Shown here: positions 20,924 to 30,559 of the stretch, one piece after another
Layout: each line of letters starts with the position of its first letter
Position numbering within the stretch: position 1 is the first letter of the stretch
Virus record (IMG/VR): IMGVR_UViG_3300012665_000316
Location: 17,287-81,286 of that record
Origin: a virus
Taxonomy: Duplodnaviria; Caudoviricetes
Length of the DNA: 64,000 bases
Reading direction: 5' to 3' (one strand)
Notes under the pieces: model-generated
The model's input: the letters and a program-made list of their open reading frames with translations, nothing else
Told to the model about the DNA's origin: nothing
Database searches by the model: none
Position numbers and translations under genes: made by a program

Positions 20924-22131
20924 GTAGTTTTAAAGTAGTTATAATTCATTTTTTCGTCAATAATTCGTAAATTAAGAGGTGTAAAGAACCATGACCTTCC
21001 TGTTAATAAAGTGCCATTCTTGTGCATTTTTTTATATTCATCGATAGTATTTGCAAATTCTTTACTCTTACTTAATCTTACATTTGCCTTATCTCTAGCA
21101 TATTGCCAAAATTCAGTATTGAAGTTAGTCCCACCGTGATATAAAAACGACAGCATGTCTTCTAGAGATTTTGCTAATTTAGTAAATTCAGCGTTTACAA
21201 AAAATTCATTATATCTTTCATTTTTATTTAAATGATGTAAAAACAGTTCAGCAATTTCAACATAACAAAAAATACTGCTTGCACTCAACGGTTCAAAAAA
21301 TAATGCTCTGTTACCGTTTTTTAATATGCGTTTATCTAAAACTTTTTTAGTATAATATGACTTAAATTTATATTCTTTTACATCAGCTTTAGTTATATTA
21401 GTTGAAAATATAGTGGACATATCATCTAATACTTGTTCTTCGGTACTTATAGAATCATTAAACAAGTAACCGTATGTGTGCCTAGTAGCTAATGGGATAC
21501 CAAAAGTCCAACCGTGTTTTGTTGCGATATGTTCAGTGTGTGTAAATTGACCAGTCATATGTGGTTCTGTATTATATACAAAACATCGGTTAAGCGGCGA
21601 ACAATCGCTTATATTATAATCAGAATAGTCAGATGGAAATCCTCTGCAATCGATAATATAGTCAAATTTTTCAATAGCATTGTTGATAACTACCTGAACG
21701 CACTGAAATTTATTTGTAACGTCTGTTACTTCACCTTCTAAAACTTTAAATTTTTCAGGCCATAATTTTTTAAATCGTTCAAAAGCAAATTCTTTTAACT
21801 TAAAATTATTAAAATGCAACGCATACCCTGCACCAAATACAGGATTGATCCAGCTGTGCTCTCTCCAATTTATATACTTAGTACCAAATTTAAAAGTCCC
21901 GTCAAGTTGATCTAAATCTGTAGTTAGATTAAATCCAGTTCCATTTTCTAATGTTGTAATAAAATTAGGATTAGTGCTTTCGCCTATTCCTAGTATAGGT
22001 GTTGCTGGATCGTAAATAGAAACCACGTCCCATGCATTACTAAGCCACGGGATAATGTGAGAAATAGATACGATTCCGGCTGTGCCGGCTCCTATAACTC
22101 CTAACCGTTTTTTATTTAAATTCGGGCCCAT
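20920..22131 (-). CDS. Short, divergent tryptophan-halogenase-family flavoprotein
   Basis: GAGTAG, GIGEST, TFKFGTKY; WTFGIP and FEPLSAS are altered versions of WxWxIP and FxEPLES. Confidence 0.8.
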   Translation of the reverse strand: MGPNLNKKRLGVIGAGTAGIVSISHIIPWLSNAWDVVSIYDPATPILGIGESTNPNFITTLENGTGFNLTTDLDQLDGTFKFGTKYINWREHSWINPVFGAGYALHFNNFKLKEFAFERFKKLWPEKFKVLEGEVTDVTNKFQCVQVVINNAIEKFDYIIDCRGFPSDYSDYNISDCSPLNRCFVYNTEPHMTGQFTHTEHIATKHGWTFGIPLATRHTYGYLFNDSISTEEQVLDDMSTIFSTNITKADVKEYKFKSYYTKKVLDKRILKNGNRALFFEPLSASSIFCYVEIAELFLHHLNKNERYNEFFVNAEFTKLAKSLEDMLSFLYHGGTNFNTEFWQYARDKANVRLSKSKEFANTIDEYKKMHKNGTLLTGRSWFFTPLNLRIIDEKMNYNYFKTT

Positions 22132-22654
22132 AAATCCATCCTACTATTGTATGTCTAACTCCGCGAGTTACTGGAGTTACACGATGCACCATGTAAGACG
22201 GAAAAATTGTTATAGTGCCTTGTTCTCGAATTTTCTTATCAGTTATAGCAGGCATAAATTCTAAATCACCACCGTCGTATTCTGCAGGATTAGTTAGCTG
22301 TATAGTAAATGATAATTTTCTAACACTATCTCCATCCATAGAATCAGTATGCCACACATAGTGATCTTCTCGATCAGCTGAGTATCTGAATACAAGTGGG
22401 GGATCTTTTTTATTATAACCTTCTAAATGATAACGAAAACTAGACGAATTTGTTAAGAATATTGTTCTAAAAATTTGATCTTCTAGTTGTTCAGATATAC
22501 CTTGGTTGCATATCTGAACACTTCTAAATTGCTTTTGTGTGATAAATTGTCCAAATTTACGAACAGTTCCTTCCACCCATCGAGATGAGTCACGTACAAT
22601 TTCGTTACATTCATCTGGTGAAAGAAGGGGTATTGAAATTGTACGAGACGGCAT
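22112..22654 (-). CDS. 2OG-Fe(II) oxygenase (prolyl-4-hydroxylase/PKHD-like)
   Basis: WHTD...RKLS...YDGGDLEF...FPSYMVHRVTPV.RG.R. Confidence 0.9.
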   Translation of the reverse strand: MPSRTISIPLLSPDECNEIVRDSSRWVEGTVRKFGQFITQKQFRSVQICNQGISEQLEDQIFRTIFLTNSSSFRYHLEGYNKKDPPLVFRYSADREDHYVWHTDSMDGDSVRKLSFTIQLTNPAEYDGGDLEFMPAITDKKIREQGTITIFPSYMVHRVTPVTRGVRHTIVGWIYGPEFK

Positions 22655-24276
22655 TATTCTTTACCGTTATAGATATTTTCTTTAAGATATTGATAGTGTG
22701 ATGGAGCAGATTCCATTAACGAATTAATGTACTCTTTCTTTTGATCCCAGTAGTCTTGAGTTTGACTTGTGTAAAACTCCGGAACTGTACCATGCCTTGA
22801 CTCAATTAACATCTTAACAACTGCCATTTGTGTTGGGTTTACTGGTAATGTATGCATTCCTACTAGAATATCAGGCATGCCACCCATACTTTGATCTGCT
22901 GGCATAGTATGTGTTTGCAATAGCTTAATTGCTAAATCGCCGGCTGCTGTTGGCGGAACCTGATTAAACTTCCGATCAAACATCAACGGATCCATTTCTA
23001 TATTTTCAGTAACATGTTGCCAGTACGGAGTATCTCGACGAGAACTAAACACATAATGATATGTTACAAAATTCTTAAAACTTTCCATAACATAGTTAGC
23101 TATATAGTTGAAGTTATCAACATGAATTTTATTAATCTGTTTGTTGTGCAATGTTTCGCATAGTTTTAGTAATAGTTCTTGAACACTTAATAAACCAGTA
23201 CTTTCTAACGGTTCTACAAATGCATATGATAGGCCTACCCCGACGCAATTTTTAACCCATGCTCGAGTATGAGCCCCGTTTTTAATTTCAATTAATCTAA
23301 ATTCACAAAGTTTACTTCTCATTGGATTATGTACAGTCATTGCATCACTGTCTAAATAATCTTTGTACTCTTGCAATGCATCTTCTTTACTAATAAATTT
23401 ATCGCAAAAAACATAACCACTGCCAATTCTGTTGTATAACGGAATGTTCCACACCCAGCCGTTGTTATGCGCTGTACAGTTTGTAACGTTTTCCATTTCT
23501 ATTTCTTTGATAGAGTACGGAACATGTGTTACCCATGCATGATTGTTGGGCAAATGACTTGAATATGATTCAAACGGTACACCCATGGCTTGTTCTAGTA
23601 GCAACGATCTGAATCCAGTACAGTCAATAAACAAGTCAGCTTCTAGTGTATCACCGTTGTCTAATTTGAGGCCACTGATATAGCCGTCGTCTTCTTTAAT
23701 AACTTCTTCAATGTGTGCTGACACATGTACAACTCCTGCTGGAATACAAAATTTATCTTTTAAAAAATTACCGAATAGGGTAGCATCCATATGATAAGCA
23801 GAATCATTGCGCCAGCTGAAACCTGGAAGTTGACCATCCTTATTATCAAAAATCTTAGTTTGATAAATCATAGGCATTGAACTGTATAGATTTTCATAAA
23901 AATCATTAACGTCCAACTCGGGATTCATAACTTTTTTAACATACCAATCGGTTGCGCCTTGTTGGGTATTTTGTAAATCTTTGACACCGAAAGGATAATA
24001 AAATGTTTCGCCTTTTTTATAAAAATCTCTAAATTTAATAGCTAACTTATATGTAGCATTGCAATACTCCATCCAGTCTTCGTCCTTGAGACCTAATAAT
24101 CCTAGATATTGATTAATAGTGCCTAAGGTAGACTCACCGACACCAATAATTGGTACATCAGGCGACTCAACTAGTGCAATCTCCATGTCGGGAAATTGTT
24201 TTGATAACATGGCTGCACTCATCCAGCCAGAACTGCCACCGCCGGCAATTATAATACGTTTAATAGGTTTTTTCAT
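22654..24276 (-). CDS. Flavin-dependent tryptophan halogenase family protein (PrnA-like)
   Basis: GGGSSG, CNATYKLAIKF, WVWNIP, FVEPLESTG; close paralogue of 19313..20923. Confidence 0.9.
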   Translation of the reverse strand: MKKPIKRIIIAGGGSSGWMSAAMLSKQFPDMEIALVESPDVPIIGVGESTLGTINQYLGLLGLKDEDWMEYCNATYKLAIKFRDFYKKGETFYYPFGVKDLQNTQQGATDWYVKKVMNPELDVNDFYENLYSSMPMIYQTKIFDNKDGQLPGFSWRNDSAYHMDATLFGNFLKDKFCIPAGVVHVSAHIEEVIKEDDGYISGLKLDNGDTLEADLFIDCTGFRSLLLEQAMGVPFESYSSHLPNNHAWVTHVPYSIKEIEMENVTNCTAHNNGWVWNIPLYNRIGSGYVFCDKFISKEDALQEYKDYLDSDAMTVHNPMRSKLCEFRLIEIKNGAHTRAWVKNCVGVGLSYAFVEPLESTGLLSVQELLLKLCETLHNKQINKIHVDNFNYIANYVMESFKNFVTYHYVFSSRRDTPYWQHVTENIEMDPLMFDRKFNQVPPTAAGDLAIKLLQTHTMPADQSMGGMPDILVGMHTLPVNPTQMAVVKMLIESRHGTVPEFYTSQTQDYWDQKKEYINSLMESAPSHYQYLKENIYNGKE

Positions 24277-24301
24277 GCAATGTCCTTGATTGACTTGGTA
24301 A

Positions 24302-24307
24302 TATTTA
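24302..24307 (-). promoter_or_regulatory. Internal late-type promoter (TAAATA) upstream of halogenase 22654..24276
   Basis: Minus strand cTAAATAttaccaagtcaatcAAGGAcattgcATG. Confidence 0.5.
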
Positions 24308-24317
24308 GTTATGTGTT

Positions 24318-24950
24318 TTAGATGTAGGTTACATCTTGACTATCGTCGTTTCTCCAAAGATCCCTATGAAGATTAAACGATATAGAAATTCGAGTATCAT
24401 CTGTTTTATTTTTTTCTACAGAGTGTTGTAGCCAGCCAGGGAATAGTAATAATTTACCCACTGCTGGCTTAATATCACATTGTCTATCAGCTATGTTACC
24501 AAACGGAAATAATTCTTGACGCATCCAGGGTGTAGGATTTGTCATAATAAACATACCATCGTTGCCAGTAGTCTGATAATAGTATGTACCAGAGATATAA
24601 GCATCTTCATGTTGATGCCAATCTTGTCCTTGATCCTTGCTAGTCTTATTGAACCAACTATGTCGTAAAGCAACAGGGACTGGATGTCGAGCTTGTGTCT
24701 GATCAATGTATTTTTTAACGTGATTTTCGATGTATTTTTTTAAATGATTTAGCTCAAAATCTTTAATTGAGTTAGTACGAGCTTTAATATTTGTTTGTAC
24801 CCCGTCTTCCCATCCTGGTGGATTATTAAAATGATCAGTCTGTTCTATTAACGGTAACTTTTTTTTAATCTCGTCTTGTATTAAAAAGATTTCTTGCATT
24901 GTTCCTTGATGTTCGTATATCAATATAGGAAATAGCGATTTAACTGGCAT
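24318..24950 (-). CDS. Putative 2OG-Fe(II) oxygenase (HxH type, TIGR02466-like)
   Basis: WHQH...ISGTYY...LLLFPGWLQHSV...RISISFN. Confidence 0.85.
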   Translation of the reverse strand: MPVKSLFPILIYEHQGTMQEIFLIQDEIKKKLPLIEQTDHFNNPPGWEDGVQTNIKARTNSIKDFELNHLKKYIENHVKKYIDQTQARHPVPVALRHSWFNKTSKDQGQDWHQHEDAYISGTYYYQTTGNDGMFIMTNPTPWMRQELFPFGNIADRQCDIKPAVGKLLLFPGWLQHSVEKNKTDDTRISISFNLHRDLWRNDDSQDVTYI

Positions 24951-24951
24951 A

Positions 24952-25647
24952 TCACAGTCCTTTATCTTTTAAAATTTTTCTACGTTTAAAGTATTGCCCA
25001 TTGAGTGTAAATGGAGTAATTCCAACTTGTTTAATAAATTCAGCGTGTGATACAGTATGCATTGAAATCTTTATATCAGATTCTGACAACGGGACCACAT
25101 GAGCCAATTCTTTACCTGCTGGAATTGTAATATCTTTAGGAAACATAGTTTTAGGAATTAGCAGGTTTACACTAGTAGTATGTTGATATTTGTAATCAAC
25201 TACGCCGTTAACTACAAATGGTTTAAATTCGTCATCGTGCCAGAATGTATTGGTGTAAAGAAAATTAACGCCTGTTTTTTCCTTTATTTTCCACGGACTA
25301 TTTAATTTTACGTGATGAAATCCTTTAAGATAGTCTCCCCACTGTTTAGGATGATGCCCTTCTGCTTCTTCTTCCGGAAACCACTTTAACATACCGCCTT
25401 CAATCCCGATCCAGTATTCTTCCCAACTTTGCAATATAAAGCCAGTTCGATATAGTGTGCTTACACCCGGACATGTTTTCATAGTGCCGCGCATAGGACC
25501 TTGATGTTTAATAGTAGTTGGTAAATTTTTCCAGAAACTAGGAAGCCTTTCCTCTGCATATAAAATAGGAAATAGCGTTTCTACCTCAGGATGGGCAGTA
25601 AAACAATCAAGAACAATTTTTGGTTTTTTAAAAAAGAATGAAAACAT
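24952..25647 (-). CDS. Conserved phage protein with dUTPase-like motifs (paralogue 1, DUF6065-like)
   Basis: KTCPG...KLNSPWKIK...GVVDYKY...IPAGKELAHVVPL. Confidence 0.5.
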   Translation of the reverse strand: MFSFFFKKPKIVLDCFTAHPEVETLFPILYAEERLPSFWKNLPTTIKHQGPMRGTMKTCPGVSTLYRTGFILQSWEEYWIGIEGGMLKWFPEEEAEGHHPKQWGDYLKGFHHVKLNSPWKIKEKTGVNFLYTNTFWHDDEFKPFVVNGVVDYKYQHTTSVNLLIPKTMFPKDITIPAGKELAHVVPLSESDIKISMHTVSHAEFIKQVGITPFTLNGQYFKRRKILKDKGL

Positions 25648-25652
25648 GATTA

Positions 25653-26363
25653 TTACCTATAAGTTTTTTTAGAGTGAAATAATTGAGCATATATCCCTGC
25701 CCAGTAGGTACTAAGACGATACTTATAACTAGACCTAGTCCACTCGTCTTTACTTGAGATATGATTAACAGCCATCTGCCAGTCATCTCGTTTAAACGGA
25801 AAAACTACTACTAAAGGATCCCCTGGGGATATAGTAAATGATTTTTCCTTAATCAAGCTAACAAGGCCGATAGGTTCGTTATGTTGATCTGTATCTACTA
25901 CTCCTGGAAAAATTGAAAATTCTTTTCTAAATCTGTAGTAAGGATCAAACAACATACAACTATAACCAGGCGGTGTTTTAATATGCCATGGTTGATTGAT
26001 TTTAAGGTAGTGATGTTTTTTATCGTCTTCAGCTTTAAATTGCGCCTGATACCACGGATGCTTACCTACATGTTTATCAGTGTGTCGGCATCGATAATCA
26101 AAGTCTGTAATAAATTTTGAATCAATATATTCTTTAACTTGCACTTCGTAGGTTGCACGTATTACATATCCAGTAGTCATGTAATCTAACACTGGCACAC
26201 ATCGTTTGATTGTAGGTGTATGCGGTTTAGTATACGGTTCAATTTCTGGAATTTCAATAGGTGTATCTTTATACCATTCTGGAATTACTTTGCCAGCAGG
26301 CACCGGTGGAAATAGCTCGATTGCTTCTAAATCACTAGTAGAAAATGTTATTAAGTTGGTCAT
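25653..26363 (-). CDS. Conserved phage protein with dUTPase-like motifs (paralogue 2, DUF6065-like)
   Basis: KRCVPVLD...PWHIKTPPGYSC...PGVVDTD...PGDPLVVVFPFKR. Confidence 0.55.
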   Translation of the reverse strand: MTNLITFSTSDLEAIELFPPVPAGKVIPEWYKDTPIEIPEIEPYTKPHTPTIKRCVPVLDYMTTGYVIRATYEVQVKEYIDSKFITDFDYRCRHTDKHVGKHPWYQAQFKAEDDKKHHYLKINQPWHIKTPPGYSCMLFDPYYRFRKEFSIFPGVVDTDQHNEPIGLVSLIKEKSFTISPGDPLVVVFPFKRDDWQMAVNHISSKDEWTRSSYKYRLSTYWAGIYAQLFHSKKTYR

Positions 26364-27097
26364 TTAAATTGTTTTTTAGAATGAAATAGTTTTTTATAAG
26401 CATTAAACAAATAGTATTTTGATTTGTCTAATATAGTATTTGCAGTAAATTCGGATTCCCAGTCGTCTCGCTTAAATGGTATAATCTGTACTAATGGATC
26501 ACCACAAAAGAATCGAACTTCACTATTGGATTTAGTCAAGTACCCTACCACTGGAATTTTTTGATTAAATTTATCAGTGTCAATGATAGCAGGTAGAATG
26601 CTAAATTCGTTTTGAAATAAGTAGTAAGGCTGTATCACCAAACAACTATAACCAGGTGGGGTTTGTATAGACCACTCAGAATTAAATCTAAAATAATTTC
26701 CAAGATGTTTCTTTTCTATTGACCGCATTGGACATGTATTTTCAGCATAAATTCCAACCGCATTATTAGGATGAAGACCCTGCATTTCATCAGTCTTGTT
26801 AGAATCATTTATCTTATTATTCACAGTATTAGCAGTTAAAATATTCATTTTAGGAACAAAATTTTCAATCTTTTCACTTACTCTAACTTCGTAAGTTGCC
26901 TTGAGAATATATCCTGCTGTTAAAAAATCTTCTACAGGAATACAAGCTCGAATACTTTTTAATGCATTTTCATCAAAACTATAAGTATCTTTGGCCGCAG
27001 CCATATTAGCATACCATTCGGGTAAACAATCTCTGGCAGGCACCGGCTTCCAGTGTTCTAACGCAGTCTTATCGTCTATGTTAAATTTAATCTTCAT
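26360..27097 (-). CDS. Conserved phage protein with dUTPase-like motifs (paralogue 3, DUF6065-like)
   Basis: RACIPVED...WSIQTPPGYSC...PAIIDTD...GDPLVQIIPFKR. Confidence 0.55.
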   Translation of the reverse strand: MKIKFNIDDKTALEHWKPVPARDCLPEWYANMAAAKDTYSFDENALKSIRACIPVEDFLTAGYILKATYEVRVSEKIENFVPKMNILTANTVNNKINDSNKTDEMQGLHPNNAVGIYAENTCPMRSIEKKHLGNYFRFNSEWSIQTPPGYSCLVIQPYYLFQNEFSILPAIIDTDKFNQKIPVVGYLTKSNSEVRFFCGDPLVQIIPFKRDDWESEFTANTILDKSKYYLFNAYKKLFHSKKQFK

Positions 27098-27696
27098 CTA
27101 TTAATTTTGTCTTCGTCTATTTCTATTAACCATGTGGTTAATATATATTTGCTTTTATCCCCGATAGGAGGATTTCCCCTGTGAGTATGAGTCCAATCAG
27201 CTGGCCATACTAACAGTTTATTTTTCTTGGGAACGATTCTAGTATTTTGATATAAAAATTCTGTTTCGCCTGCGTCGTCTATATCGTTCATGTAAAGCTG
27301 TATTACAATTCTTCTTTTAGAATCTTCCCCAAGTGCTTCATAATGCCACTGATGAAAGCCGCCTCCTGGAACAATCTTTTTCATCTTGATCTGTTCTACT
27401 TTATAAGACCTATCTTGGAGTATGCTAAACTTGTCAGTATAGATGGGCATTATTTTTTGCCACAACACTTCGAGAAAATGATTTACATATTGTGGATGTA
27501 GTGTGCTAATCACTTTTGGATCCAGCATATAAAGCTGTTCGTCATCCTTCCAGTGTTTAGGAACAGTATCTTGTTGGTGCAATGATAAGTTGGCTATTTT
27601 ATCGTAGTAGTTGATAACATCTTGAAAGTATGAGTTTTGAAAGTAGTTTTCAAATATTCCAATAAATCCCTGAAATTCATATTTTTCAAAATTCAT
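27094..27696 (-). CDS. 2OG-Fe(II) oxygenase
   Basis: FHQWHYE...YMND...GETEF...WPADWTHTHRGNPP...KYILTTW. Confidence 0.85.
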   Translation of the reverse strand: MNFEKYEFQGFIGIFENYFQNSYFQDVINYYDKIANLSLHQQDTVPKHWKDDEQLYMLDPKVISTLHPQYVNHFLEVLWQKIMPIYTDKFSILQDRSYKVEQIKMKKIVPGGGFHQWHYEALGEDSKRRIVIQLYMNDIDDAGETEFLYQNTRIVPKKNKLLVWPADWTHTHRGNPPIGDKSKYILTTWLIEIDEDKINR

Positions 27697-28358
27697 TCTA
27701 TTTCTAACCTATAATTACCAGCTAACGAAATTCTCACATCATCCGTACTATAAAACGGATATACTTGATGCTGTAACTCCGATGGAAATATACAAATCTT
27801 GCCTTCAAGTGTTTTGTCAACAGGAATGGGATAGTTATTAATTTTTCCAAGAGCATCGACGTACACAAACTCGAAATTAGCAGTACGATTTTTAATCAAG
27901 TCTGGGTTAGCAATATTATCTTTTTCCTCGGCCATAGTGTATGGAATAGTAGTCCATATCACAAAACTATAAATTCCGCTATGGTTGTGTAACGGCAAGA
28001 ACTCACCGCGCCGTTGAAGATTTACCCATACTCGTTCGAGAGATAATTTAATTTTTTTGTTTTCAGCGTTTGCTACAAAATTAAATAATCTGTCAAAATA
28101 TTGATATTTGTTTTCGTAGATACCTAATAATTTTAGTATTTCTTTATCTATCAACGAAACTAACTCGTCTGATAATTTATAATTTGTTGAATAGCCTTGT
28201 TGTTTTTTATGATAGAGTCTTAATAAATCCTTAGACTCATTTAGATCTGTCGAAAAGTCCGTAAGGAACTTATTTGTTTCTTGTTTTATTCGTTGGAATA
28301 TAAACGGATTAAACGTATCCAAATATAGACCTACGTTAGGAAGATCGTAAAAGCTCAT
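27693..28358 (-). CDS. Putative 2OG-Fe(II) oxygenase (HxH type)
   Basis: LPLHNHSGIYSFVIW...IFPSELQHQVYPF...RISLAGN; paralogue of 60895..61545. Confidence 0.8.
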   Translation of the reverse strand: MSFYDLPNVGLYLDTFNPFIFQRIKQETNKFLTDFSTDLNESKDLLRLYHKKQQGYSTNYKLSDELVSLIDKEILKLLGIYENKYQYFDRLFNFVANAENKKIKLSLERVWVNLQRRGEFLPLHNHSGIYSFVIWTTIPYTMAEEKDNIANPDLIKNRTANFEFVYVDALGKINNYPIPVDKTLEGKICIFPSELQHQVYPFYSTDDVRISLAGNYRLEIE

Positions 28359-28395
28359 ACTACTAATTATCTAGAATCAGTAGCGTCTTTTGCAA

Positions 28396-29925
28396 TTATG
28401 ATTGTTTAGCAGTTTGTTTTAAAAAGTTAATGAAGTCGACATAACTTAAATTATCCCGTAACAAATTATCTACGGTTTTTTGATACCCAGCAATAACTGC
28501 ATTCATGTCAGTTAACCCTAAGATAGGAACGGTATTTCCAGAAAATATTTTTGAGGAAGTTTCTGGTGCAATGTGTCCGGTTCCGGCTAGTACATAGCTC
28601 CACAGTCCCATGTCAGGTGCTCCAAATGAGATATCAAGATCTCGGTTTGAAGGCATTTGCGTCTTACACATGGTTAGTAAATTGTCAACAAATTCTGTTT
28701 TGGTAGCGCCTGAGTTAACATATTTCCAAAACTCACTATCAGTTCTTCCACCCATATAGTGAGCAATTAGAAATTCTTTAGTAGTGTCGTATAATTTAGC
28801 AGTGCGACGATTATAACTATTTCTACTGCCGGGATTTAATGTATCGTCTAAATTAGATTTTAAAAATTCAAGAACAAATGATAACAGTTGTGCAATTGTA
28901 GTGTGTATGCTAGTAGCTTCTAGTGGCTCTGCAAATGCGGCAGCAAGGCCAACAGCTAGGCAATTTTTATCCCAGGCATTCTCAAGTCTGCCAGTATCAA
29001 ATTTTAATACTCGTATTGGATCAATCGGCCTGCCTAGTGTAGTTTCTATTTCTGCCTGTGCTTGATCTGCATTGATAAAATTATCATCAAATACATATCC
29101 GCAACCTTTGCGTTGTTGATTTGGTATTTGCCACATCCACCCGGACGATTGCGCCCAGGCAGTAGTATATAATTCTGGACACTCATTTTCTTCATAGGGT
29201 AATAAAAACGGCATTGCTGAGTTTACAGGTAAATTTTTTCGATAACTTACCCATTTAGTTCCTAATTTTTTTACAAGCACCTGTCGGAATCCACTGGCAT
29301 CAACAAAAAAGTCACCCTTAACTACGGTTCCGGTCTTTAACAATACTGATGTTATATTTCCATTTAGAGAATCTAAATTTACATCTAATACTTCGTCGTC
29401 CATAACAGTTACCTTATGAGTCTTCATAGCAACTTTTTTAAAATACTTGCCGACGTTGTGTGCATCAAAATGTAATGCAGTTCCTACATTATCAAAAGAT
29501 AGTGTTTTTTTATTAAAACTAGAAACGTTACGTTCTATTTTTTGTCCTAGTACTGAACTCAGATGTACATTTTTTGGATCAGTACTATGATAGTGAGCAA
29601 ATATATAATCAACTACACTTTCTGTGCTAGGAGTCCCGCCAATTGGACCCATATAACTTTCACCTACTGTTTTCCAGTCTTTGTGATGAATACCATACTT
29701 TAATGTAGCCCCAGTTTCTTGCAAAAATTCTAATAGATCACATCCAAAGTCCCACATTTCATTTTTTAAAATTGATGTGAGCAATCCGGTTGATCCTTCT
29801 CCAGCACCGATAATACCTATAGCAGAAGATTCAATTACTGTAATAGTATGTTCCGGTTTAACTTTACTAATTAACAATGCGGCTAACCATCCAGCAGTTC
29901 CGCCTCCAACAACAACTATGTTCAT
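28396..29925 (-). CDS. Flavin-dependent tryptophan halogenase family protein
   Basis: GGGTAG, GAGEGS, ATLKYGI, WMWQIP, FAEPLEATS. Confidence 0.9.
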   Translation of the reverse strand: MNIVVVGGGTAGWLAALLISKVKPEHTITVIESSAIGIIGAGEGSTGLLTSILKNEMWDFGCDLLEFLQETGATLKYGIHHKDWKTVGESYMGPIGGTPSTESVVDYIFAHYHSTDPKNVHLSSVLGQKIERNVSSFNKKTLSFDNVGTALHFDAHNVGKYFKKVAMKTHKVTVMDDEVLDVNLDSLNGNITSVLLKTGTVVKGDFFVDASGFRQVLVKKLGTKWVSYRKNLPVNSAMPFLLPYEENECPELYTTAWAQSSGWMWQIPNQQRKGCGYVFDDNFINADQAQAEIETTLGRPIDPIRVLKFDTGRLENAWDKNCLAVGLAAAFAEPLEATSIHTTIAQLLSFVLEFLKSNLDDTLNPGSRNSYNRRTAKLYDTTKEFLIAHYMGGRTDSEFWKYVNSGATKTEFVDNLLTMCKTQMPSNRDLDISFGAPDMGLWSYVLAGTGHIAPETSSKIFSGNTVPILGLTDMNAVIAGYQKTVDNLLRDNLSYVDFINFLKQTAKQS

Positions 29926-30558
29926 TTAATATCCTTCTCTGTTGTCAAACGTTAACATTACGTTCATAGCAACAACTACTCGTAAATTGCCTGTAGTATG
30001 CGCAGGTGTATGGTGATCAAGCCATGCAGGGAAAAATAATAAATCACCTTCCTCTACCATCATTTGTTTTTTATCAGGCCAATACATTTCAGGCAATTCG
30101 TTTTTATTTTTTGTTGGAATAACACTTTTCATCATTCTAGCGTTAGGATTTAAAAATACAGTTCCTGAATTTTCGTTGTCTAGGGTTACGTAGTGTACCG
30201 CAGACCATTGTATTGTTTTTGGACCACCAGTATGATCATGCGGAAATTGAGAAGTAGAATTAGTCATCATTCCGTACCAGCAGGTTACTTTAAAAGTCCA
30301 CCCTTTAGAAAAATCAATACCGGTAAATTCTAAAAATTCTCGAATATCATCTTCGTAAAATTTTGACAACATCATCCACGGTATCTTGTGAGCCCCTGGA
30401 ACGTAATCTGTATAGGCATTAGTCACAGTGTCATTAACGCCATTCCTAACATATTGCGGATACACATTATCCATAAGATACTTTTTAATCTTATCGTGAT
30501 TGCGCACTTTTAACTTGACCAAGTTAACCGGAAACAGCGGGACAGGAGTTATTGACAT
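29926..30558 (-). CDS. Putative 2OG-Fe(II) oxygenase (HxH type, TIGR02466-like)
   Basis: FPHDH...WSAVHY...LLFFPAWLDHH...RVVVAMN. Confidence 0.8.
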   Translation of the reverse strand: MSITPVPLFPVNLVKLKVRNHDKIKKYLMDNVYPQYVRNGVNDTVTNAYTDYVPGAHKIPWMMLSKFYEDDIREFLEFTGIDFSKGWTFKVTCWYGMMTNSTSQFPHDHTGGPKTIQWSAVHYVTLDNENSGTVFLNPNARMMKSVIPTKNKNELPEMYWPDKKQMMVEEGDLLFFPAWLDHHTPAHTTGNLRVVVAMNVMLTFDNREGY

Positions 30559-30559
30559 G

